Shown in pieces: positions 10,245-23,288 of a stretch of DNA of 60,666 nucleotides. The stretch covers positions 1-60,666 of the forward strand of contig JAUCBJ010003198.1 of NCBI GenBank assembly GCA_032718475.1, in the 5' to 3' direction. This DNA comes from Nemertoderma westbladi. Lineage: Eukaryota > Animalia > Xenacoelomorpha. The notes beneath the pieces are model-generated. The model was not told the DNA's origin, did not search any database, and saw nothing but the letters and a program-made list of their open reading frames with translations. The position numbers were made by a program, and so were the translations under genes. Within the stretch, counting starts at the first letter, position 1. Every line of letters begins with the position of its first letter.

Positions 10245-12900
10245 TCTCAAGAAGGGATGCTTCAACTGCAAAGGTTATGTATGGAATACAAACTACATAT
10301 TTACGCTGCTGAACACATACAGGCCCGATATCGTTGTTATCCAGGAACATTGGCTGAGTCCCAGTGAGGCAGAGTTCTATTTCAGAACCAATAAAATATC
10401 AGAGGATCATCAGGCGTATTACACAACTTCAAATCAAATGCAGATAATTCAAAATCAAATACGAGGAGAGGGTGGTGTAGTAATCCTAGTACACAACGAT
10501 TTAGTTCCGAATTGCACTCCAATAGAAACAAACTCCGATCGAATTGTCGCCTTACAAATGTGTAACATAAATAATCTTCCCGATATACTAATAATAGGAA
10601 CATATATGCCGACGGATTACAAGAGAAAGTACGACCTCGAACTGTATATTGAGGAATCCTCCAAAATAATACAACTGATGGAGGATGCAAGAGAAGACAA
10701 ACAAGAGATTCTGATAGCAGGTGACATTAATGCAACTATAACCAAAAGTGCTCTCAAGAAGAAAACATCTAGATTTGGAAAATATTTTAACAATGGAACA
10801 TGTAATAGAACCTTTTGATCTATGCATAAGTGAATATCCTGCAAACAGCGCGACTTACTTCTTCAAGGCAAAGGATGGCTCAATTATGAGGAAGTCACAC
10901 ATTGATCATATTATAATGGGCCCTATATTGCAAGAATACACTTCCAAATCGGTGATTCTGCCAAGTATCATTGATAATAGGTCTGACCATGTACCAGTAA
11001 TGGTCAATATCATGGATTCCCTCGACGATGTCGACCATGAATCGAAAGAGAATTACTTCAGCAATAAAATTGATTATTCACGAAGAATGGCAATTCGAAC
11101 TCCAAATTTTCGCTTCGAGATGGCTACAAAGGAACAACTAGCAGGTTACCATGATGCAAAACAAGAAACTCTTGAAAGTTGGAGTGAAGTAGAAAACTAT
11201 TCCAGGGATATCGGGGAAGCTCAAGCGGTTCTAAATCGCGTCATCACAACAATCAATGCTGCAGCCAATTTACACATCCCAAAGATATCGCGAAAAGGGA
11301 AGCACATGAAGTCGATCTGGAAACACAGCGGTAAACTTAAATAACACTGGGAAACTTAAATAAAGAGGTACTGAAGGCGAAAGAACTTGGGATCATCAGT
11401 GGAGAAACAGCCAACCCGAACGACATATCATACATGAACTACAAAAATGCATCCCTCGCCTACAACAGGGAATGCGCAAAGATAGAACATCGAGAATACA
11501 CAGCACACATATCTAATTTGGTAGATTTGTGCAAAAACAACAGACCAGAGTTCTGGAAGAGAGTTAAAAATCAGGCCGTTAAAGCAACACTGTCAGACAC
11601 TACAGCCGGTAATCTTGTCAAGCATTATGAGGAACACTTTGCCTCTACTGACTCAGGCACTGCAGCAAATGCTATTAAAGTACCAAATATTGAAGAAAAC
11701 GTTTCGCTGATCACACCAGAGGAGGTGAAACACAAAATAGGGGGAATGAACAAACACAAGACTAATGACACACTTAATATAAAGGCCGAACACCTCATTC
11801 GTGGAGTATCAGATCCTTTGTGTAGGCAACTGGCCTTTGTGTTTAATACAATGAGGACTACAGGGAGATGTCCAAGTGAACTTGGTCTTTCAAATAAAAC
11901 ACCATTGTTGAAGAGCGAAAAGAAAAGTAGATTGCATTCATACAATTACCGACCAGTATCGATCATCTCAACCATAGCAAAATTGTGGGAGTTGATGGTT
12001 GCTGAAGAACTTCACAAACATATAGATTGTAAAATCAAAGATCTTCAGATGGGTTATAGGCCAAAAATGACCACAGAAATGGCGAATCACTTAGTAAATG
12101 CTACCATGAAGTTCTTCACAAACAAGGGATCAACTATCCATGCATTATCAATTGACTTATCTGCCGCATTTGATAAGGTGGACCACATAAAGCTCTTTGA
12201 GAAACTACAAAACACCGGGCTGGACACCAATTTAATAGCTGTCATAGAATCATATTATGATGTATCCAAGGCGCAAATGCGAGCAAATGGATATTTATAT
12301 AACGAGATATTAGAATGCGCCAGGGAGTAAGACAAGGGGGGGGGGGTGCTGTCACCCCTTTTATTCAATCTATATCTGTCTGAATTGTTCGGAGAAGTTA
12401 ATGAAAGTGGCTTAGGCGCACACATCAACTGGATGTCCTGTGGAATCATAAGCTACGCGGATGACATTATTATTCTCGCAAACTTGAGAGGTGACTTTGA
12501 GGGGATAATTACAATCTGTGAGAGATATTTTACCACTCATAATATCACCATCAGCAACAGAAATTCACATTATATAGTTATGCAAGAAAATTGAAATTCT
12601 AAATTGGATTATAAAGTTAAATTACCGGGGAAAATGATAACATCAACAGATCACTTCACCTTTCTAGGTCTACCGGTCCCATGGACAAATAACAATGTAC
12701 TAGGATTTTACAAATCGAGGATATGGGCGCATGCGAACCGAATGGAATTAAGGGGACTCTGTATTGACAGTGTCCCATTATGTGTGGTATCTAAGATATG
12801 GTCAACGATTGTGCTGCCCTCAGTACTATATGGATCCGGAATGATTACCGAGAACAACATGAAAGACATTGTTACTTCCCATACATTAATGTATACATAA
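10245..12900 (+). pseudogene. LINE ORF2 remnant: APE endonuclease plus reverse transcriptase
   Basis: EN motifs FNCKG, IQEHWL, GGVVILV, TYMP, AGDINA, IDHI, SDHVPV. RT motifs YRPVSIIS, QMGYR, DLSAAFDKVDH, GVRQGGVLSPLLF (broken by a G-run) and YADD. Several stops and frameshifts. Confidence 0.93.
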
Positions 12901-15900
12901 AGTGCTACGAGTAGGTACTTCCATACATTAATGTATACATAAAGTGCTACGAGTAGGTACTTCCATACATAAATGTATACATAAAGTGCTACGAGTAGGT
13001 ACTTCCATACATAAATGTATACATAAAGTGCTACGAGTAGGTACTTCCATACATAAATGTATACATAAAGTGCTACGAGTAGGTACTTCCATACATAAAT
13101 GTATACATAAAGTGCTACGAGTAGGTACTTCCATACATAAATGTATACATAAAGTGCTACGAGTAGGTACTTCCATACATTAATGTATACATAAAGTGCT
13201 ACGAGTAGGTACTTCCATACATAAATGTATACATAAAGTGCTACGAGTAGGTACTTCCATACATTAATGTATACATAAAGTGCTACGAGTAGGTACTTCC
13301 ATACATAAATGTATACATAAAGTGCTACGAGTAGGTACTTCCATACATTAATGTATACATAAAGTGCTACGAGTAGGTACTTCCATACATTAATGTATAC
13401 ATAAAGTGCTACGAGTAGGTACTTCCATACATAAATGTATACATAAAGTGCTACGAGTAGGTACTTCCATACATAAATGTATACATAAAGTGCTACGAGT
13501 AGGTACTTCCATACATAAATGTATACATAAAGTGCTACGAGTAGGTACTTCCATACATAAATGTATACATAAAGTGCTACGAGTAGGTACTTCCATACAT
13601 AAATGTATACATAAAGTGCTACGAGTAGGTACTTCCATACATTAATGTATACATAAAGTGCTACGAGTAGGTACTTCCATACATAAATGTATACATAAAG
13701 TGCTACGAGTAGGTACTTCCATACATTAATGTATACATAAAGTGCTACGAGTAGGTACTTCCATACATAAATGTATACATAAAGTGCTACGAGTAGGTAC
13801 TTCCATACATAAATGTATACATAAAGTGCTACGAGTAGGTACTTCCATACATAAATGTATACATAAAGTGCTACGAGTAGGTACTTCCATACATAAATGT
13901 ATACATAAAGTGCTACGAGTAGGTACTTCCATACATAAATGTATACATAAAGTGCTACGAGTAGGTACTTCCATACATAAATGTATACATAAAGTGCTAC
14001 GAGTAGGTACTTCCATACATTAATGTATACATAAAGTGCTACGAGTAGGTACTTCCATACATTAATGTATACATAAAGTGCTACGAGTAGGTACTTCCAT
14101 ACATAGATGTATACATAAAGTGCTACGAGTAGGTACTTCCATACATTAATGTATACATAAAATGCTACGAGTAGGTACTTCCATACATTAATGTATACAT
14201 AAAGTGCTACGAGTAGGTACTTCCATACATAAATGTATACATAAAGTGCTACGAGTAGGTACTTCCATACATTAATGTATACATAAAGTGCTACGAGTAG
14301 GTACTTCCATACATAAATGTATACATAAAGTGCTACGAGTAGGTACTTCCATACATTAATGTATACATAAAGTGCTACGAGTAGGTACTTCCATACATAG
14401 ATGTATACATAAAGTGCTACGAGTAGGTACTTCCATACATTAATGTATACATAAAGTGCTACGAGTAGGTACTTCCATACATTAATGTATACATAAAGTG
14501 CTACGAGTAGGTACTTCCATACATAAATGTATACATAAAGTGCTACGAGTAGGTACTTCCATACATAGATGTATACATAAAGTGCTACGAGTAGGTACTT
14601 CCATACATTAATGTATACATAAAGTGCTACGAGTAGGTACTTCCATACATAGATGTATACATAAAGTGCTACGAGTAGGTACTTCCATACATAAATGTAT
14701 ACATAAAGTGCTACGAGTAGGTACTTCCATACATAGATGTATACATAAAGTGCTACGAGTAGGTACTTCCATACATTAATGTATACATAAAGTGCTACGA
14801 GTAGGTACTTCCATACATTAATGTATACATAAAGTGCTACGAGTAGGTACTTCCATACATTAATGTATACATAAAGTGCTACGAGTAGGTACTTCCATAC
14901 ATAGATGTATACATAAAGTGCTACGAGTAGGTACTTCCATACATTAATGTATACATAAAGTGCTACGAGTAGGTACTTCCATACATTAATGTATACATAA
15001 AGTGCTACGAGTAGGTACTTCCATACATAAATGTATACATAAAGTGCTACGAGTAGGTACTTCCATACATTAATGTATACATAAAGTGCTACGAGTAGGT
15101 ACTTCCATACATAGATGTATACATAAAGTGCTACGAGTAGGTACTTCCATACATAAATGTATACATAAAGTGCTACGAGTAGGTACTTCCATACATTAAT
15201 GTATACATAAAGTGCTACGAGTAGGTACTTCCATACATAAATGTATACATAAAGTGCTACGAGTAGGTACTTCCATACATTAATGTATACATAAAGTGCT
15301 ACGAGTAGGTACTTCCATACATAAATGTATACATAAAGTGCTACGAGTAGGTACTTCCATACATTAATGTATACATAAAGTGCTACGAGTAGGTACTTCC
15401 ATACATAAATGTATACATAAAGTGCTACGAGTAGGTACTTCCATACATAAATGTATACATAAAGTGCTACGAGTAGGTACTTCCATACATAAATGTATAC
15501 ATAAAGTGCTACGAGTAGGTACTTCCATACATAAATGTATACATAAAGTGCTACGAGTAGGTACTTCCATACATAAATGTATACATAAAGTGCTACGAGT
15601 AGGTACTTCCATACATAAATGTATACATAAAGTGCTACGAGTAGGTACTTCCATACATAAATGTATACATAAAGTGCTACGAGTAGGTACTTCCATACAT
15701 AAATGTATACATAAAGTGCTACGAGTAGGTACTTCCATACATAAATGTATACATAAAGTGCTACGAGTAGGTACTTCCATACATAAATGTATACATAAAG
15801 TGCTACGAGTAGGTACTTCCATACATAAATGTATACATAAAGTGCTACGAGTAGGTACTTCCATACATAAATGTATACATAAAGTGCTACGAGTAGGTAC

Positions 15901-18900
15901 TTCCATACATAAATGTATACATAAAGTGCTACGAGTAGGTACTTCCATACATAAATGTATACATAAAGTGCTACGAGTAGGTACTTCCATACATAAATGT
16001 ATACATAAAGTGCTACGAGTAGGTACTTCCATACATAAATGTATACATAAAGTGCTACGAGTAGGTACTTCCATACATAAATGTATACATAAAGTGCTAC
16101 GAGTAGGTACTTCCATACATAAATGTATACATAAAGTGCTACGAGTAGGTACTTCCATACATAAATGTATACATAAAGTGCTACGAGTAGGTACTTCCAT
16201 ACATAAATGTATACATAAAGTGCTACGAGTAGGTACTTCCATACATAAATGTATACATAAAGTGCTACGAGTAGGTACTTCCATACATAAATGTATACAT
16301 AAAGTGCTACGAGTAGGTACTTCCATACATAAATGTATACATAAAGTGCTACGAGTAGGTACTTCCATACATAAATGTATACATAAAGTGCTACGAGTAG
16401 GTACTTCCATACATAAATGTATACATAAAGTGCTACGAGTAGGTACTTCCATACATAAATGTATACATAAAGTGCTACGAGTAGGTACTTCCATACATAA
16501 ATGTATACATAAAGTGCTACGAGTAGGTACTTCCATACATAAATGTATACATAAAGTGCTACGAGTAGGTACTTCCATACATAAATGTATACATAAAGTG
16601 CTACGAGTAGGTACTTCCATACATAAATGTATACATAAAGTGCTACGAGTAGGTACTTCCATACATAAATGTATACATAAAGTGCTACGAGTAGGTACTT
16701 CCATACATAAATGTATACATAAAGTGCTACGAGTAGGTACTTCCATACATAAATGTATACATAAAGTGCTACGAGTAGGTACTTCCATACATAAATGTAT
16801 ACATAAAGTGCTACGAGTAGGTACTTCCATACATAAATGTATACATAAAGTGCTACGAGTAGGTACTTCCATACATAAATGTATACATAAAGTGCTACGA
16901 GTAGGTACTTCCATACATAAATGTATACATAAAGTGCTACGAGTAGGTACTTCCATACATAAATGTATACATAAAGTGCTACGAGTAGGTACTTCCATAC
17001 ATAAATGTATACATAAAGTGCTACGAGTAGGTACTTCCATACATAAATGTATACATAAAGTGCTACGAGTAGGTACTTCCATACATAAATGTATACATAA
17101 AGTGCTACGAGTAGGTACTTCCATACATAAATGTATACATAAAGTGCTACGAGTAGGTACTTCCATACATAAATGTATACATAAAGTGCTACGAGTAGGT
17201 ACTTCCATACATAAATGTATACATAAAGTGCTACGAGTAGGTACTTCCATACATAAATGTATACATAAAGTGCTACGAGTAGGTACTTCCATACATAAAT
17301 GTATACATAAAGTGCTACGAGTAGGTACTTCCATACATAAATGTATACATAAAGTGCTACGAGTAGGTACTTCCATACATAAATGTATACATAAAGTGCT
17401 ACGAGTAGGTACTTCCATACATAAATGTATACATAAAGTGCTACGAGTAGGTACTTCCATACATAAATGTATACATAAAGTGCTACGAGTAGGTACTTCC
17501 ATACATAAATGTATACATAAAGTGCTACGAGTAGGTACTTCCATACATAAATGTATACATAAAGTGCTACGAGTAGGTACTTCCATACATAAATGTATAC
17601 ATAAAGTGCTACGAGTAGGTACTTCCATACATAAATGTATACATAAAGTGCTACGAGTAGGTACTTCCATACATAAATGTATACATAAAGTGCTACGAGT
17701 AGGTACTTCCATACATAAATGTATACATAAAGTGCTACGAGTAGGTACTTCCATACATAAATGTATACATAAAGTGCTACGAGTAGGTACTTCCATACAT
17801 AAATGTATACATAAAGTGCTACGAGTAGGTACTTCCATACATAAATGTATACATAAAGTGCTACGAGTAGGTACTTCCATACATAAATGTATACATAAAG
17901 TGCTACGAGTAGGTACTTCCATACATAAATGTATACATAAAGTGCTACGAGTAGGTACTTCCATACATAAATGTATACATAAAGTGCTACGAGTAGGTAC
18001 TTCCATACATAAATGTATACATAAAGTGCTACGAGTAGGTACTTCCATACATAAATGTATACATAAAGTGCTACGAGTAGGTACTTCCATACATAAATGT
18101 ATACATAAAGTGCTACGAGTAGGTACTTCCATACATAAATGTATACATAAAGTGCTACGAGTAGGTACTTCCATACATAAATGTATACATAAAGTGCTAC
18201 GAGTAGGTACTTCCATACATAAATGTATACATAAAGTGCTACGAGTAGGTACTTCCATACATAAATGTATACATAAAGTGCTACGAGTAGGTACTTCCAT
18301 ACATAAATGTATACATAAAGTGCTACGAGTAGGTACTTCCATACATAAATGTATACATAAAGTGCTACGAGTAGGTACTTCCATACATAAATGTATACAT
18401 AAAGTGCTACGAGTAGGTACTTCCATACATAAATGTATACATAAAGTGCTACGAGTAGGTACTTCCATACATAAATGTATACATAAAGTGCTACGAGTAG
18501 GTACTTCCATACATAAATGTATACATAAAGTGCTACGAGTAGGTACTTCCATACATAAATGTATACATAAAGTGCTACGAGTAGGTACTTCCATACATAA
18601 ATGTATACATAAAGTGCTACGAGTAGGTACTTCCATACATAAATGTATACATAAAGTGCTACGAGTAGGTACTTCCATACATAAATGTATACATAAAGTG
18701 CTACGAGTAGGTACTTCCATACATAAATGTATACATAAAGTGCTACGAGTAGGTACTTCCATACATAAATGTATACATAAAGTGCTACGAGTAGGTACTT
18801 CCATACATAAATGTATACATAAAGTGCTACGAGTAGGTACTTCCATACATAAATGTATACATAAAGTGCTACGAGTAGGTACTTCCATACATAAATGTAT

Positions 18901-20059
18901 ACATAAAGTGCTACGAGTAGGTACTTCCATACATAAATGTATACATAAAGTGCTACGAGTAGGTACTTCCATACATAAATGTATACATAAAGTGCTACGA
19001 GTAGGTACTTCCATACATAAATGTATACATAAAGTGCTACGAGTAGGTACTTCCATACATAAATGTATACATAAAGTGCTACGAGTAGGTACTTCCATAC
19101 ATAAATGTATACATAAAGTGCTACGAGTAGGTACTTCCATACATAGATGTATACATAAAGTGCTACGAGTAGGTACTTCCATACATAAATGTATACATAA
19201 AGTGCTACGAGTAGGTACTTCCATACATTAATGTATACATAAAGTGCTACGAGTAGGTACTTCCATACATTAATGTATACATAAAGTGCTACGAGTAGGT
19301 ACTTCCATACATTAATGTATACATAAAGTGCTACGAGTAGGTACTTCCATACATAAATGTATACATAAAGTGCTACGAGTAGGTACTTCCATACATAAAT
19401 GTATACATAAAGTGCTACGAGTAGGTACTTCCATACATAAATGTATACATAAAGTGCTACGAGTAGGTACTTCCATACATTAATGTATACATAAAGTGCT
19501 ACGAGTAGGTACTTCCATACATTAATGTATACATAAAGTGCTACGAGTAGGTACTTCCATACATAAATGTATACATAAAGTGCTACGAGTAGGTACTTCC
19601 ATACATAAATGTATACATAAAGTGCTACGAGTAGGTACTTCCATACATTAATGTATACATAAAGTGCTACGAGTAGGTACTTCCATACATAAATGTATAC
19701 ATAAAGTGCTACGAGTAGGTACTTCCATACATAAATGTATACATAAAGTGCTACGAGTAGGTACTTCCATACATTAATGTATACATAAAGTGCTACGAGT
19801 AGGTACTTCCATACATAAATGTATACATAAAGTGCTACGAGTAGGTACTTCCATACATTAATGTATACATAAAGTGCTACGAGTAGGTACTTCCATACAT
19901 AAATGTATACATAAAGTGCTACGAGTAGGTACTTCCATACATAAATGTATACATAAAGTGCTACGAGTAGGTACTTCCATACATAAATGTATACATAAAG
20001 TGCTACGAGTAGGTACTTCCATACATAAATGTATATACATAAAGTGCTACGAGTAGGTA
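12873..20059. repeat. 42-bp satellite, ~171 copies, derived from LINE ORF2
   Basis: Unit TACTTCCATACATAAATGTATACATAAAGTGCTACGAGTAGG. Variation is almost entirely at one site (TAAAT/TTAAT/TAGAT). Confidence 0.98.
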
Positions 20060-20844
20060 ACTATGTGAACAACAACGTTCTCAACAGACTGCTGAATCAA
20101 CCAAACGTCGAGACCTTGATAAGATTGCACAATTTGAGATTATTATATAGTTTATTCAATACTATAGTCCGGCAGCCAGGTACCTCTTTTTGGCCCAACC
20201 GAAAATTTTTGGACGGATTACATTTTTTGGATGTTTCGGTGTCTATGGGTCCCTCTTAATATAAAAAAGTGGTTTATGGACTTTGACACCTTGGGCAATT
20301 TGAATTAATGACCCGTTTCTTTGGACTACAGAAATTTCTTTGAAAGCTTAGCAATCAGAATGGCGATTATCTGTTAGGCTTGAACTGGTTGTAATTTTGA
20401 TCGAAAATATGAAAATTTTAGAGAAACTATTGAAGTGTTGCTATGGTAACGAAGGCACTACAACTATCGCTGTATCTTTCCAAATGAAAACTACCGGTAC
20501 TATGCTTAATGATTTGTTTTTTGGTTCGTCTGTGCACTTTGTTAATAATGTTTTTCCCTAAATATTAATCACCACATCAATTTTGTGTAGAAGTATGGTT
20601 GGCAACTAATACCCGTATTCATGGAAACTACAGTAATTTATTGCGGACATTACATCTGAAGCATTTAACACCTTGACAGAAAATAATTACCTTAAAATGT
20701 ATATATAAATCATTTGTCTCCAGCTTGTTTATTTAAGCATGACACTTTTTTAATGCTAAATTTATAAAATTTAGTTAATGCATGGCGAATATGGAGACTA
20801 TGCATTTTATATTATTCATTGTTTGATTATAATATAATATTAGA

Positions 20845-21462
20845 TTACGAAATGTTTGCGCATGAATCTTTATTGCAATTGCAGAATTCTGAGCAATCAG
20901 TTTGGTTTTTTCTGCAGGTGCACTTCTGCGATTTACAAGGGATTTTGGAAGAACAGCTACACCGAATTAATTGCAAAATGCATTCCGGAGCTGGTGGTAT
21001 GCCCTCAGGTATTACAATCGGGGAAAGTTGATTGTTGGCTATTCTCCACCCATATTCTCTGGGGTCTACACTAGGTGGTCTAATTTCCATTGTGTTCTTC
21101 CACACCATTACTTGCAAATGGGCTCTTTTCACGTTCTCTGTGAAGGATTCAGTGGTCGGTGGTATTGTTTGCAGCTTTGCACAGCTGGTGATTGTTTTTT
21201 CTGTCCACATCTTTTGTCTTAACTGGCTCATGTTGTCTGAGGCATATCCATACCAGTCAGAAATAAAGTTGGTACATTCCTTTAAGACTGTAGATTGCGG
21301 TGCTTCCATTTCTCCCAAACAAGAAAGAGTGAGTCCTTTCTCCAAAGCCTTGATGACTTTAGCTTTACCAATCCCAAACATACTCGCAACCGTGTCACAC
21401 CCAGATAAAGCATGGCCTCCCAAAAGATTTCCTATGATACCACGATGCATTTTTTTGACCAT
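20845..21462 (-). pseudogene. Academ protein C-terminus: XPG/FEN1-like H3TH motif and Cys-rich zinc finger
   Basis: HALSGCDTVASMFGIGK, IPPT..SF..NVKRAHLQV..W, YGW, and CSC...C....CTCRK....CSEFCNC....C. Confidence 0.82.
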
Positions 21463-23288
21463 GTTTTTAATGCCTCAGGTTTTAAGGTAATACCAATAAT
21501 ACCTCCTTTACTCTTGCCATACCTCATGAATGTTGTTTCAATAAATTGATCGGACCAAATACCATTCCATAAACCTTGTCTATGTCTCATGACATGCTCA
21601 CCTTTTACAAACTTCTCACAGATTGACTTGGGTAAATTCTCCATTGATTTCAGGTAATATGAACAATATCGTGCGTAGTTTATGTGCGCAGCTGCAAAAA
21701 AATATGGAATCATCAAGCGAATCGCTTCCAAGTGCAAGTACCAATCAGCCTCCCGTTCTGCCCTCACAAACAACATCATTATGAATATTCCCTTTACGAA
21801 TACATTCACCCATAGCTTACATGCCCGGCTGCAGTTAGAGAGTTGTTCTAAAGAATCGTCCAAGTCATTGGATAGAATATTTATAGATGAAGCACTAAGT
21901 AGCACTTCTACGAAAATGCGCATAGCGCGCATGTTCTGTGGAAACTTTTTCCCAGATAACATCTTCGAAACTCCACCAAATACACACGATAGCACTTCAG
22001 AGAGGCCGGTTTCCACCATTAGACTTCCTATGGATCCAATGAAACTCATTAATGTATGCATCCCCCCCAATCTAAGTACAACGTTACCGAACTGATCAGG
22101 AAAATACCAAATTACATTTAAAGCAATTTTATACAGTTGTAAATCGCATGTAAATACTATGTATTCTTGATCTACTGATTTTGTGTACCTCTGAGCTACA
22201 GTCAATGCAGTCATCATAGTAGTTGGATCAGCTGGAGTTAAATCAATTAAAGGCAAATATATTGCCTTCGTTGATGGTTGAGGGGATTCACCGTGATCTC
22301 TAGAAAGTTTGGTATTGTATCCGCTGTATTCAGGGCAATTAGTATTCTGAGTGACATCTTTGACGAACTCATGGTCGATACATTTAGCTCGAAGTAGACC
22401 AATAGCAGACGCTGCCAAAACTTTTAATGGCAAAATACAACTTTGTAATTTTGGCATTACAGGGTTTGAAGTACCAGTATAACACTTGATATCTATATCT
22501 AGTTCTTTTGACATTTCCTTTTTGGCCAATCTCAGAATAGAATGATCCGCTTCATCCACATGTGATAAGGTAGATTCACTGTTCATGTTTGGTTGGGTTA
22601 TTAGCATAGCTAGTGAATGCGTGGATTTCTTACAATTCATGGAACTTATATCACAATCAAAATTGTCGGCGACGACTTGAACAAGTCCGCTTTGTTTAAT
22701 AATTTTATTGTTATGCTGTTCCTGGACGGACGCATGAGCTGCGGATTTACGAAATCGACGTGTTTCGTCATATGTACGTGTAACTTTGAATTTAGAAAAT
22801 TCGTTTATAGTTTGCTTGGCATTACCTAGGGAGACTCCCAGGGCAACCTGTAAGGGAGTCGGATGGTGTTTGATTGAACTTGTCACTATACTTCCTATTA
22901 AAATACTAGGTAGCCCTTTCAATTCCTTGCTTATCATCTCTAAGAGTTCAATTAAGGTACCACTAACTGTATGACCTGCTACTTCTTGATTTAATTTTGT
23001 GCAATATCTTGTTGAATCGAGTTCAATATTACGGACATCAGCTATAATTTCTTTTTCTATAATACCTAAAGATTTGTCAATTAGTTGTTGGTTATTACCC
23101 TTAGCTTCAGTAATTAATTTATTTGCTGCTTTTGTTCTAAATACCACAATATCAGCAACCCCTGGTGAAGAAAGCACTTGTTCTTGTTCTTGGGTCCTTG
23201 TTCTTCTTTTACCATTATAATTACAACTATCTGCGTCTCCGCTACCATTATATTTACTACAACTATCAAAGTCTGCCGTCCTTTTCAT
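21432..23288 (-). pseudogene. Academ DDE transposase core (618-aa open frame, truncated by deletion)
   Basis: Motifs VADNFD..STH, FTCDLQLY, LRLGGMH, RAERE.DW.LHL, HINYARY and WSDQFIE; lies inside the TIRs. Confidence 0.82.

Noticed and set aside
15364-19231. 1283-aa and 1286-aa ORFs on opposite strands
   Set aside because: They are translations of a stop-free 42-bp satellite unit and are open on both strands; there is no sign of a gene.
20845-21462. Host FEN1/XPG or tesmin gene
   Set aside because: It lies within TIRs next to a transposase frame, has no introns and lacks the N-terminal nuclease motifs.
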